A stretch of 64,000 nt of DNA from Gordius albopunctatus. Its lineage: Eukaryota. This document shows, in pieces, positions 50,927 through 64,000 of the stretch. Every line of letters starts with the position of its first letter. Position 1 is the first letter of the stretch. The notes below the pieces were generated by a model. That model had not been told where the DNA came from. It did no database searches and saw only the letters and a list, made by a program, of their open reading frames with translations. Location of the stretch: assembly GCA_964276515.1 (NCBI GenBank), contig OZ193909.1:1860001-1924000 (forward strand). Direction: 5' to 3'. A program made the position numbers and the translations under genes.

Positions 50927-53274
50927 ATGTCATCTATTTTGAGAAAGAAAAGATCCAAGGGGATATCCAAATCTGTGAGGGCTGGTATCATATTTCCTGT
51001 TTCAAGAATAAATAGATATTTGCGAAAATTTTTAAAAAAATATCGATTTGCTATGGGGGCATCCATATATTTGGCTTCAGTTATGGAATATCTAACAGGT
51101 AAGCAAATTGGTTATGCTTACTAATATAAACCAGCTGAGATAATGGAACTAGCAGGGAATGCAGCTAGAGATAACAAAAAGTGTAGAATAAATCCTAGAC
51201 ATATACTGTTGGCTATAATGAATGATGAGGAACTTAAAACAGTATTTATTATCAAATTAATTGTTTGCTTATTATTTTTTTAAGTCAATGCAACATCCTT
51301 GCCTTTCTAACTTATAATTTAAATCAACTAACATATAATAGATGCTTAAAGATGTCACTATTCCATCAGGAGGAGTACTGCCAAAGATATTACCAGAATT
51401 ATTACCAATAAAGAAGAATCTTGAAGTTTCCCCACCTGTTATTTTTCAAGAACCTCAACATAAAGCCAAACTAGTAGTCAATAAAAAAGCCAAGTTTCCA
51501 ATTAAGGTATATTTTCTTTGTAAATTAACATAAATTTTGACAGAGAATATCAAAAAATAAAGCTATTGCAAATAAGGATGAATTATATCAGAAAGTAAAA
51601 ATAATCTTTCCCATTTTGCAGGAAATTTATTTATAGGTTATCTTAGAAAAATCAAATATTGAAGACATCAAATGTGATGCTGTAATTCTACCTCTTAAAC
51701 TTACTAATGAGTTTAATTTGAAAAGTATTAAATATAAGTTTATATAATATATTTTTAAACTTTTTTAGTAAAAGACAAAAACCTAGAAAATCAGGTTAAA
51801 ATGCTTAACAAAGAATTACCTTTAGAAATGGGGGATTGTAAGTTAAAATTTTTTATAAAGCTATCTTATAAAATTAATATTTATTTAATTTTGTTGCAAA
51901 ATATATTGTCAAATTATATAAAAAAGGTAAAATTATTGAAAGTCAAGGAGCTGTGAAGTCTAATAATATCATAATTTGCTATTACATTGGGGAGGCAGAG
52001 GATGGAGGAATCAATCAAAATAAAGATTTGATACTAAAACTTCTGGAGAAAACCATTATCAATTGTTTGGGGCTAGCGGATAAACTTAAACTGTCTTCAA
52101 TAGCTATACCATCTGATCTAGTCTCTAATCTGACCAAAAGTAGTATTAAAGATAACAAATTGTCTCATAGGTACAAAAATTATTATATAATCTTTATATA
52201 ATAGGCAATAAGATAAAAATGATTTTATTGCCTTTGATTTTAGGAATTTTGAAAGGAAATTGCTATTTTTTGGCATGTTTATTTTGTCACATGGTATTTC
52301 ATTCTCCACATCTGTCTGATTTTTATGTCATTTTTTACACATATAATTTAAAAAGTTTAATGTATTTAAAAGTTACTTACATTTAAAAATTAAAATAATC
52401 TACTATTAAATTACCTTTAACCTGATGATTGATTCTGTGCAAGCAGTGATTTTTTAATGTAATATTAAGAGATATTTTATAATAATCTAAATCTCTAAAC
52501 AAATTGTAAATCTAGAGGGTAAATATAACAATAAATGGTTTAAATTTTGGGTTTTGTTAAAGAAATGGTAAACTCTAGGTGCTTTAACTTGCTTTAAGTT
52601 ATTAGCTTGAATGAAAGTTTAGTAGAGGGACCAAACAACGTAGTTATTACATTGAATTATGTCTAAATATGAAGTTATTATGTGAATGCTTGAAAAGTAC
52701 TTAAAGTTTGGGGTCTCCAATAGCCCCATCATAGGAGTGTTAATCTAGAGTATACTAGTGTTAGTCTTAAACATTGTAAATAATTTATCTTAAATTTTAA
52801 CCTTATTAAAATGATATTCTCTTTAGATTTGCCATAACAGATTATGCCGAAGCAATTTTTAAATCAATCTCTAAATACTGCAATTCCTGTACAAACTCTT
52901 TCCTTGATCGGGTAAATGACTTAATCCTCCATGTTTAAAGTGAATAAGTTAAAATTTAAATAGCTAAAATAGTATTACATTTACATAAACATATAGTATT
53001 TTGTTTATGTTTACCATTTTTGGACGCGACTTTTTTGACTAAAGTTCGTCTGCTTTTATTAGAGACATAATATGTTTAGAAATATGATTAATATTTAAAA
53101 CATGTTCAAAACCTTAATAATACATTTTAGTTACTTGCAAAACATCATTAAGTTTGCTTATGTCTAAAATAGAAAATTCAATTTGACCAATATTTTTTTT
53201 AGATTTACCTCGTGGGCAAGAATAATGAACAGATGACGTGCTATGCCAATCTTTATTCCAAGCTTATAGATTAA
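50927..53274 (+). CDS. MACROH2A: Core histone macro-H2A (H2A fold, basic linker, macro domain), 9 exons
   Basis: [19 protein letters not shown]...[37 protein letters not shown]...[17 protein letters not shown], then macro-like [10 protein letters not shown]...[24 protein letters not shown]...AEAIFKSIS...IYLV. Exons: 50927-51098, 51135-51241, 51342-51506, 51544-51594, 51637-51724, 51769-51837, 51927-52170, 52827-52911, 53203-53274. Confidence 0.9.
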
Positions 53275-54552
53275 GAAGATCTGATCTAAATACAATATTT
53301 TATTTATATTTTATAGCATTTAATATATTTCTTAAAGTTTCACCAATAATCACCTATTTGTGATGTATTCTTATTATATCTGCTTTTACACCATACAAGT
53401 TATTTTACTTTTATGATTATATGTTAATTTAATTTTAATATTCATCATCATTTATTGACCTAAAATTATTGTCCTTATAATCGTTGTGATTCGCTATTTC
53501 TAGTCATTATTTTGCACCAATATTTATCCTCGATCTTATTTATTTATTCATTCATCGGTGATTATTTATTTATATTGTGATATCGGCACACAACACATGG
53601 CTCACTTACCTTTTCTAAATGTTTTTACGCACTGTACTTTGGGTTTACAATAAATCTTCCACGAATAATACATTGGGTCGTATCTTTAAAAGCAAGGATC
53701 ATTGCACGTTGAGTGATGGAGAGAATTAACTTTTGAGATCAGCAATTTAAACCAACCAACCAAGAAGGCCGTATTTTTTTTTATAAATCCCTTTTAAATA
53801 TTTACATAAACTTGCTATTAACCTCATACATATACTCACTAACAATGTTCGATAAATATTATTTAAATTAAATACGAAAATTAAGATTCACATGAAAATG
53901 TAAAACGGGATCAGAGACAATAACGATAGAAAAGCTTACGAACGTCGCTCTTACACAGCGCAAAGTATGACACCGAATAAATTATTATTAAACAACATCT
54001 TGGATATTTAAAGCAATGTTGGTGACAAATTAAGGATATTTAAAACACATTTAACAATTACAATAAGCTATTAGCACGCATGTGGGGGGAGGGCAAAATA
54101 AACATTTTTTGAAATTTAAGCCAATGATATAATAAATCGATTTATAATATCATTGAATGTGTGTGAGATATGAAATGATTACATAAACGCTTGAACAATG
54201 CATGATGACGACAAAAACTCTGACATATCGCATTATCCCTGATTTATACAATGTTAAAATATTAAAAAATTCGATAGACAACGAATATCGCGATTTTTAT
54301 TTATAAAAAAGCATAATAATTTATCATAAATATCTAATAAATAGGGGGGGGGGGAAAGGTTTTAGAGCTTGCAAAATACATATGGTGGCTGACGAGCAGA
54401 ATACTAACGTCGACGACATATCACCCATTTTACTTTAAATTAAATACATATAAACAACACTCGACGATTTATAATTTGTGCTAAAGAGGTGCGTTTAAAG
54501 TAGAATTTTTGGGTGCGTTTCCACATCCTTTTTTCTCGTTATTGTGACTAAA

Positions 54553-57500
54553 CTAGTTGGCGGGCGGGCGAAAGTTTTCGTTGGTATCTTCGGTATTTTC
54601 CGGCCTTTTGATGCGATAGGTAATGAGGTGTTCGGGATAGGCTTGTTCTCCTCGGTATATAACGTATTCGGAGTAGAGTAACCCGTTCGCACTCGGTTTC
54701 CCGCTTACCGAATGATGTCCGGGCGGGGAATGAGCCATTTTGATGGCGGAAAATTGGGGAAACGACTTGCCCAAACTTACCCGGCACAAAATGATTTGTC
54801 TGTAACACATTTATTTTTTAATATTCCTTTATATAAAACGAATTTTTTTTTCTAATTCTTACCTAGGCCGCTAGTAAAATAAAAAATATACTTAAGCCGA
54901 AACCCGACAATAGTGTTGTAAAAAGGGCTGAGACCGACCAAGGGTCGCCCAAACAAAACCTGATAGCATGTGAGAAAGTTCCTAATGGGCTAAGAGCGAT
55001 GTCAATTTAAACGTAAGAGGACAGATTTGTATAAAATTCAAAATGCTTTTCTAATAGGATTTTTGAACACGCCTTTATCCTAAATTAATCGCTTCGCTCA
55101 ATTAGGTCGTCCAGCCACTTCTTTATATATGGAGCAATATAGTAGTAATTTTGTAAAATAAATTGTCGTATCCTGGATACGGAATGAGGTTACGGAGGTA
55201 AGGCTATAAATTCAAGAACATAAAGCCCGTCGAGCCATGGAATATAAACTGGCAGTTACTGAGGCATAAAAGGAACGTGCTCTTGAGAACAGTGGGCCAA
55301 GAGTGGGGAACGAAAGGGGATCAAAGAAGCGAGAAAACCTTGAAAGTGATGGGTAATAAATTGAGAATCGGAAGGGAAATATAGGTTAACGACGACGCCA
55401 ACAAAATAAAGGTATAAAAGGCGGATGATGGAATAGACTAGAAAAACTGTCACGAATTTCTCGCGTTAAGTGTTGGAAAAATAAGCATCACTAGTTTTGG
55501 TGTTTTCTCCCCCGGGCCCCGTGCCTTGTATTTCGGAATTATTGGTACGCCATTATTTGTACGTCCATTTAAAAATTGGAGGGAGGATAAATAAAATATC
55601 TAATACCTATTCGTGGGATTTAATTTACATAACAATCACCTGGAATAAACTAACAGGGTCTCGAACCATTATTCTTCTTTTAAATAAAACATAAATCATC
55701 ATCTTAAAAAGGTGAATACAAAAAAAATAATGAATTGGGTAGATATCAAAAACAGCATTCTAAAATAAATATCATTTACACGATACATAAAAATTAAAAA
55801 CCTCGATGAAAGTGTGTTTAATAATAGAGCGCCATCTAAATTTTGTATAATATTAAATTTTTGACGTTCCTTCAGCTTCATAAACTAGCGAGGAAGATAA
55901 ATGACTGTTATAGCGCAAAACGACATGGTTGAAATTAGGAGTGGCACAATGGGCTCTAAAAAATATGTTTTTTCGTTAAATATCTATGATCAATTATTTT
56001 GATCTAATAGTTCACTTTTATATTTACCTTGTGGTAACTAATATTTTAAAATATTTCCTTATTGAAAATTGTAACTTTTCAAGTTACATTAATATTTAGT
56101 TATTTGATATCAAATTCTTTCCATATAAGGTAAATGTACACATGCTTGTAGATTTCATTAAATATTTAGCAAAATCTATTAATTTTATATTGCCATTTTA
56201 CTCAGAATCTCAAATTCTTTCCATATAAAATAAATTAACATATGCTGTATATTTAATTAAATTTATAGCAAAATTTATTATATTTTTATATTGCCATTTT
56301 ACTTTGAAAATATTTTTTACTAACTTCAAATTAAGTAATGTTAAATAGATATTTAATTTATGTAAGCATATTTTTTTAATATAGAATTAATTGTTATATC
56401 CTAAATCAAGTAAATTTAACTTCAATGTTTTAATAAGAATTTACCCACATTTATTTTGAGATTTGTGCCATATTTTTAGACTCAATTCATATACATTATT
56501 TTGGTAAAAATAATGTATACTTTTTTAAAAACAATAATCATTAAAATTTAATGTAATTAAACTTAGTTTCTTTAACTAATTTGCTTCTTTATATTGTTCG
56601 ACAAATAAATTCAATTAGTCTTAATCATACTCATCAACATTTTTTATACTAATTTATCTATATTGCTCCTTTTTTCTCCTTAATTTCTTGTTTTTTCCCC
56701 CCGTTAATTCCCGGGAATTTTCCCTTAAGCAAATTTCCCGGGAAAATATCCATCCCTAGTTGAAATACACCAGTTGTTGTCCTCAGTTTATCTAGACTAT
56801 GCTTGTGGTCGATAATTTGCGCCTATATTAAGAGTTAAAATCGATTTGCGATTCCAAACTTCTAGGGGATCATCTACTTGATGAGCTCAGTCGAGATATA
56901 TACTTTAAAAAAACAATTCCCTCCACGCAATTTTCATAATCCTTCGGACTCAAACTTTGGCTTTTATAATTTCAAAATTTTCAGGGAATCATTCAGAAGG
57001 TAAAACGTAGTGGATTTCAACTAAAAATTTCCCAGAAGTAAGCTTTCGAAAAATGAAATAGTCAAGAGACATTATAATGGGCCAGGATGGATTGATTACC
57101 TGATGCACCCGTAGCAAGAACGATCTTTATGGGCAAAACAGCCGTTGCCCCCCGAGATTCCGTGAACGTATTGATTACTTTTAGACGAGTTTTCCGCGAA
57201 GTATATCCCTGCGATAGATAGCGTTTTTGCAAATGATATATAATCATTTTTGCTTTTAATATAACATAAACTATGTCCTTTTCGGACGTAAGTGAGTGAG
57301 ACCGTATGCCACGAAATCATACCCAAGCCACACAACAAAATCAAATTGTAGAACCTCTATTTACAAAAATTACAAAATCTCTAATTACATGCTCAAAATA
57401 AGATGAAATAATTTTTTGAGAAAATATGAAATCGCAAATGTCGAACCGTTTACTAGTTGTTATGCATATAAAAATAATATATTGCTTTAGCATTTACAGA

Positions 57501-60500
57501 GATCCAATTAAACTTAATTAGCTGAGCTAGATATCATCAATTATGCAACTGGCTACAATTCGATACGAATCGCACTTTTAAATAGCTTTATACCTTAAAA
57601 ACATTTGAATTATTATATCAAGCCGTAAAAGAATCGCACTTAACAATTCATGAGGCATTACTTTATTTGTCGTAGTCAAATCGTGGCAGCTCTAAAATCG
57701 AAATTATAATCGAAGATATAATACAAGTTAGTCGTCCTATATAGCTTTTATCTTTCAAAACGAACCTATAAAGATATTGTTTGCTTCCAAAGCAGTTTAA
57801 TACTCATTCGGTGGCCATATTGGAATGAACACTTATTTTCTCGTTTGTATCTAAATTATTACCTGCCCCAAACATGCCACCCAAGTAAGCGTGTCGTTCG
57901 TCAAAGCCTTTATGAACGATAGCGGCAACGAAGGGTGAACCGTGAAATAAGAGTTTTTCGTTGTGATCTCCGCCATTATCCTCCATAATTTCTGCCCTAC
58001 GGTGCAAGTAGCGTTTCCATAACCGTCTATTCGATACTTTTTGAATCTGCCAATTTTTGAATGTATTTACGATTGAAATTTGATAACTGGCCATAAAAGA
58101 GTCCCAATAGTGAAATTGGTGAGAGTATATAATGGGGAAAGTGGTTTTTGGGGTTTTCCATAAATTTGACCACAAAACAGTAACCACAAAAGTTTTCGGT
58201 TATTTGTCAAATTTTATGATAGAGAATTTTATTAGGATTAAAATACAGCAAAATGTATGAAGGCAACAGCAATGAAGATATGTCAAAAATAGTGAAATTT
58301 GTAAACCACGCCAAAGCGTGATTATGGCCCCCCTAGGGTCCATAGCACAAAAGATTAGCCCAAAATGGCTCAAATTTTCAGAAATTTTTATTTTATATGA
58401 GGTCTACATCCTCATAAAAAATTAGCCGAATCTGAGATGGTCGGTCGATAACGTTTTGATTTGTCATGGAATTTAGGCAACATCAAAGTTTTTGGATGAT
58501 TAATATCATAAACTACATTGTTTCATTGCCTCAACTAAAAAATTCTAAATTACATCGGGGAATTACTATGTTTGATAACATAATTATAGTTGTCGTCAAT
58601 TCATCGGGATACTATATTTAAAAGGTTACAAAGTAATCTATCGTCTGCTTTCTTTCTCCTACATTTTATATCATATATTTCAAAATTATAGGACTTATGG
58701 ATGTATTAAGCTTCAACTTCAGGTCGATTTAAATTATAGTATTTGTTGAAATATTTTATTAATACAACACCATTTGATTTATAAAATGTAATAATCAAAA
58801 ATAATTGTTTATTGTAAGGATGAAATAAGGGTTTAAAACGATCACGGTTTGGGTATTAAGGAGGGGCCCTATTCAAGACGTGAGGTAACTTTGTATCAAA
58901 TAACAATGACTCTAATTTATGCGAAAACGTTATACGTACACGTATGCTATAATAATTATCGAGTCACATGCTAAAATAGATGGGGATAAATTTTGCCCAA
59001 TTAGTTTTCATTTATTTGAGGCTTTCTTTAGATGGGATATAAATAAGAGTTATTATTAATTATTTAATTCACGGTTACCACGCGGCCTAATTCGGACCCT
59101 TCGTTCCGTCAAGCAAAAATATAATTTACCAACCTTTTGTTTAACTAAGACTAACGGACGACAGTAGTCTGTTATTCGAATTTCCACTGAGCCAAGAGGT
59201 CAACTAAGAAGAACAGACCGAAACCAAAGAGCGACGAAAAAGAGCGGAACCGTTTTTACAACACTACGTAGTAGTAATTAAAAAGAGCACAAACTTTTAA
59301 AATGTCGTAAGCATCAAAGATTCCCCCAGCTAAACCCTTATCCTTGTGCTCTTTTATGGACGATTGCATCATGTGCTCGACCAAGGCAAATTCTTTGTCA
59401 TCCCGATCCAATTCTAATAGGAGAGTCTCGCTCAAAGAGGGCCTGAGGCCGTTTAGAGTTGCCAAGGGTGTGGGGCTCATTTCTTGGATCGAATCGCTAC
59501 TACTCGACGACGTTGTAGATGAACAATCTAACATACGAGTGAAATGGGAGATATTATAAGTTTTGATAATAGAGCTAAATTTAAGGGTAAATAATAATCG
59601 TTTTAACGCGAAACTTCGAAGTTTATGAAGCATCTTAATCTAAATCGTGAGAGCCGCATACCTTCAATCATATTTTATTGGGTGCGGGGCCCGCGAATGT
59701 AACAATTAAAATGCTTCATAGCTATAAAAGCCCTACAAAATGCAATTTCTTCGGCCCGTTCAACACTTTATATTTTTTTGAAATATAAATCTATAAAAAC
59801 ATTTCATTTAGCATAGAAATATTTTGTCTCCTCTAAATAGCCTACTCAACAAAGGAGATAGTAAAAAGTTTAAAGAAATCTTTTAGTTGGATTTTGCCTC
59901 GGGGCGGGCTCGCGCTGACCCATAAGGCCCAACCCGAGACAAAGGCCCGATTATTTTTTTTATTTTTTGGCCCGCTCTAATAGCTATAGCACAAATAGCA
60001 TTTGATAGCCTTTGTTGTGTATGTCCACCTCATTAAATTTAGGATTGAGTATATAATTAATTTTAATACTACTAACGAACGACCTGTTTTGAATGAGCAA
60101 CGAAATGGGGTGAGTATAAAATTCGATTTTGAGATAACAGTTGAATGGATTCAAAAAACCGAGCGGTATAACCATTTAGCTACCTTAAGTTTGAGATGCC
60201 TAAAATGAATAAAAAATGTTTTGTGAAACATGATGATAGCACTCTCTCCCATTAGGCTAATAACACATTTTGATTAATTAATATAGAATTCAGAAATGCT
60301 ACACTCCTTTGTGCCCTCTCATCAACTGGTGTTGTAAAGGCTGGGGGTTTTGTTTGGTCAACCTTTGGGGTTCAACTAAGACTACGGCCCGACTCTGGTC
60401 TGGTCTGTTTTTCAAATTTCGACCAAGCCCAGTGGCCAACTAAGAAAAAGACAGACCAACAAAGTTGATTAAAACCAAAGGCCGACCAAACAAAACCCCC

Positions 60501-62906
60501 CAGCCGTTTTTACAACCCTAAACTTTATTACATCCAGATCCAGCAGCACACAAAAATTTAGGTGCCCAGAATTTAGTTGAATATAAATAAGTTTATTACT
60601 CAAATTAAAAATAAATTAAAGTGAATGAAACAAATCAAAGAAACATGCCCATTTTCTTCTGTCTCATAAAAAAGAGTATAAAAAGGGCTTCTCTTTAAAC
60701 ACTATAGTACACGCCTATGGTTAAACTTGGCTCCAGTCTTCTAATCGGTAATTTTATATTAAAAAATAAATCAAGAATAATTTTTTCATTTTTGAAAATT
60801 GACTCACGATCATTTGTTGAGGGTGGGTATCGTTGAATACCTTTGATAATTTTATGACGATAGCCATAAGCCGTAACACCGATCGATTTCAACTCGTCGT
60901 GACCCATCTCCCGCAATATGTCCAAGGTGACCTAAGTCGTCATAACATAATAAGCATAAAGTAGAGAGCTGCACGGGGGATCACCCAAAACTCAATCTCG
61001 TATCGCGTAGAAATTTCCAAATGCTTTTGGGTCGGGTCGGCCCGGGTTCGAATCGACAATACTTTCGATTCGAGTCGGGTTCGGGTTGAAAAATTTAAAA
61101 TTCTGTCGGGTCGGGTCGAGTATTTAAAAATTCTTTCGGTTCGAGTCGGGTTCAGGTTGAAAAATTTCCAAATGCTTTCGTATCGGGTTCAAGTAGAAAA
61201 GTTAAACAAATACTTTCGGGTCGGGTCGGGTTGAAAAAAGTGACTTTGAAGGTCTCTAGCATGAGGGGTGGGCAAGCGTTTTAAAAATTTGTAAAAAAGC
61301 TTCAAAAAATTTATTAAATACCCAACTGAGCAAAAAATAAAAGGTTTATTTATCCTCACAACTCGGATGATATAGTTTTTCCGTGAAATATAAGGAAATT
61401 TTTTTTTTCATTTCGGTTAAGAAGGCTTACCTACTATATGTTCGTAAAAGATTAAAATTTCGCAAAATTTTTAAAACACCGCATATTATTTTTTAGATTT
61501 AATAGACTCTCAAATGTTCCCTTAACTAGGCGATGCAAATGTCCGGTATCAGGCGTACATTAATTTATTATGGTCATCAGGATCAGGCTTTAAATAATTA
61601 TATCCAAAAATTTTACAAGAGTGTGTTATATAGAACAGGGTATAAATTAGGAACAAAAAAGGAAAGAAAGGTGGAGTAAACCAGAATTTTAAAAAATTAA
61701 GTTAAAAAATTCAAGCAACTTAAGGGTATTGGCCCAAAAAACATTTCTTCATAACAGAGTTTTAAAACGGTTTTAAATAATTACTTTTTACAAATTAAAT
61801 CGTTTACATAATTTTTGTGTCAAAAAATCGCCTGCCGCCGCCGCCCCTCACCTTTTCCGATTCGAACAAAGGGATCAGGTGATCGAGTGACAAGCTTTCG
61901 AGGAAAGCGATAGGCAATTGGTCGCCAGCCACGTGACCCACAACCTCTCCATTGGTCGACGAGCTGGTGGTCACGTGTTTGACGGCGGTGTTCTCGTCGT
62001 CCGATTGGTCGCCGTCTCCCGTATTCCGGACCGAAGCCGTGGTCACGTGTGCGCGGTGATCGACGCCATTGCTGAGAGTCACGTGATTTCCAGTCACCCC
62101 GCGCCCTACCAGTAAGCTTTCGAGCAGGCATTTACAATCTTCGGCCTGGGAGAAAGGGGAAAAGTTACATGTTGTGTGGGGTCCCTAAGACCCCAGCCCA
62201 TTAAAAAAATCCGGTAGTTATTTAGCATATGAATGCTAAAGTCGTAGCTCTTAGTTAAAATAACATTAATACGACACAATTTTGCTATAAAAATTTAGAT
62301 GGTCTGCTTACAAATTTTTAACCGTGCAATAACCAGGCAATTTAAAAATATTATAAAATTAAAAAAAAAATATGTGAAATTGTAAGAGAAAAAACAGACC
62401 TTCAACTTAATATCATAAGAATGCGATGAAATCATAGAGCTATTAAATAGGTCTGCTTTCAAAACTAACGAATTTATAAAGGACACACAATTAAAGCCTT
62501 ACAGATATCTCAAAGACATGTACATGAGCGAAGCCAGCATTGGGATTAGTTAGAGGGAGGCAATAATGATTTAGAGAGGGGCAAAAGGATCCTTTTTTCG
62601 AATTTCCCCGTAATTTTAATAAATTTAGAAAGGGGCAGGCAGTCCCCCTCCTTGGGCCCACGGGATACAAAGTCTGCTCTATTTTACAGTGGTTTTGCAA
62701 AGACTGCAAAGGGGAAAAAGAGGGGGGAATGGCGCGACAAAACTCTTACGGTAGCTAGGGCTAGGGCCGTGGCCCCTTCGTGATTCACAGCGTTAAAATC
62801 GGCACCGTGAGCCAAGAGGAGCGAGCACAATTGGGTTCGACCTTTCTGAGCTGCTTCGTGGAGAGGGGTGAAACCCCATTTATCGGGCGCGTTTACCCTG
62901 GCCCCC
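54553..62906 (-). CDS. TNKS: Tankyrase (PARP5), 3' part: last ankyrin repeats, SAM and PARP catalytic domain; 5' exons lie beyond the window
   Basis: Exons 62906-62750 ([29 protein letters not shown]), 62145-61852, 60931-60808 ([29 protein letters not shown]), 59527-59295, 58046-57863 (LFHGSPF...GFDERHAY), 57208-57100 ([14 protein letters not shown], CxxH..C..C), 54799-54553 (HSPPGHHSV...[15 protein letters not shown]). The H-Y-E triad is intact. Confidence 0.96.
55936..56758. mobile_element. hAT-type non-autonomous element nested in a foldback MITE (tankyrase intron)
   Basis: Ends TAGGAGTGG / CCATCCCTA (Ac-like TAGGGATG); perfect 8-bp TSD GTTGAAAT (55928-55935, 56759-56766). Confidence 0.85.
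58070..58472. mobile_element. Diverged terminal fragment of the Sola-like family
   Basis: Clear similarity to 29087-29497, including CTGAGATGGTCGGTCGA.AACGTTTTGATTTGTCATGGAAT. Confidence 0.85.
60330..60519. mobile_element. MITE
   Basis: Inverted repeat GTTGTAAAGGCTGGGGGTTTTGTTTGGTC / GACCAAACAAAACCCCCCAGCCGTTTTTACAAC; related piece at 54910-54960. Confidence 0.7.
60962..61258. mobile_element. hAT-type MITE with TCGGG repeats
   Basis: Ends TAGAGAGCTGCA / TGAAGGTCTCTA; imperfect TSD GCATAAAG / GCATGAGG. Confidence 0.65.
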
Positions 62907-64000
62907 CTAGATTTTCGTAATTATACGCACCGTGTTTATTTATAGCTATAAGCACCGAGTTTGCAACTTTTCAAAAAAAATGTATAACACCATGCTTAAA
63001 CATATTATTAAACAACTATTCTATAATCTTGCAGATTAAGATGTGAGATAATAAATTTCAACGTTTAATAAATTAATATGTACTAAAATAATAAAATTAG
63101 ATTGAAAAATTGCCATACAAACGATAACAAACGACCGAGCTCTCTAAATGAAACGGTAAAACAAGAAAGGAAAGTCAAAACCCCCAGCTCAATAAGTAAC
63201 TTTGAAAGAAGGAGTGATCAAGATTCCTTTCGGATCAAGGGGTCCAGAAGGTGTTTTAAAAGATTTGAAAACGATAATAAACAAGTTCATCGTTCCATAT
63301 TTTGTAAAGATGAATGAAATAATTAAAAAAGCTAGTATTATAAATATTTGAAAAACATTCTATAATAATATAGCAAGTGAATCATCCTTATTTTTAAAAT
63401 GATTAAATATTTTATATTAAAATTCGCAAAGGGGGTGTGTTGTGTTTTAGTTCTTGCCAAAGAAATTTACTTATCGATCAAGAGTGCAGCCATATCCACG
63501 TGCCCGTAAGAGGCTGCGTTGTGGAGGGGAATTAAGCCACCCCTGTCTTGGGCATTTACCTCGGCCCCGAGTTCGAGCAGGAGAAGAGCCACGTCGAAAT
63601 TATTGTAGCCAGCTGACAATTAATTTTAAGGTAAGCGATTTGATCAAACAACATATGTTTTGAAATGATTGATTTTCAATCATCAGACATTCTACATTAA
63701 CTCCTCGTTTTGCGTAAGTCCAACTTAAAATAAATTAATGTATTACATTTAAACAAAACAAAAAGTAGCGACATTAAATTGTAATCTGAGATCAAGGATA
63801 CTATTATACGTTCGTGGGGGTAGCCAGGATTTGAATTAGCGGAGGGGGGCAAAAATGATTTAGAGAGGGGCGAAATGATAATTTTTTGAGGAAATTTTAG
63901 CCATATTTATATTAAATTTTAAAGAATTTATGATTTTGAGGGGCAATCGCCCTTCCCATATGCCAACGTATATGTCAGAGTCAATGTCCAGCGAGGTTGA

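Noticed and set aside
50927..51533. Canonical replication-dependent H2A or histone cluster
   Set aside because: Intron-containing, continues into linker and macro-domain exons, and has no neighbouring histone genes.
57804..58187. Novel TE-PARP fusion protein (127-aa ORF)
   Set aside because: The N-terminal part is transposon terminal sequence in an intron; the normal tankyrase splice 59295 to 58046 explains the coding part.

Overview
Eukaryotic (animal) genomic DNA: very AT-rich, with spliceosomal introns that are often only 34-46 bp and dense nested transposons. Six protein-coding genes can be reconstructed by hand. They are an intronless rhodopsin-class GPCR (-), DGCR6/gonadal (-), a short CWC21/SRRM2 splicing factor (+, with an intronic antisense tRNA-Gln), an SLC37-type MFS sugar-phosphate transporter (-), macroH2A (+) and the 3' part of tankyrase (-, running off the window end). 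Mobile DNA includes three RTE-type LINE copies, a rearranged Gypsy LTR element, many hAT-type MITEs with 8-bp TSDs, piggyBac-type TTAA MITEs and Helentron/DINE-like elements. The most striking structure is a 2.7-kb near-perfect palindrome built from two head-to-head 5' halves of a Sola-like transposon. It is nested in a hAT element just behind the SLC37 stop codon and is a candidate Mu-killer-like hairpin silencer. Other notable signals: a second inverted duplication in the Gypsy integrase, CpG decay specific to the intronic RTE copy (a gene-body methylation footprint), a macroH2A whose ADP-ribose-binding loops look remodelled, and relaxed splice signals. All exon models are manual and need RNA-seq confirmation.
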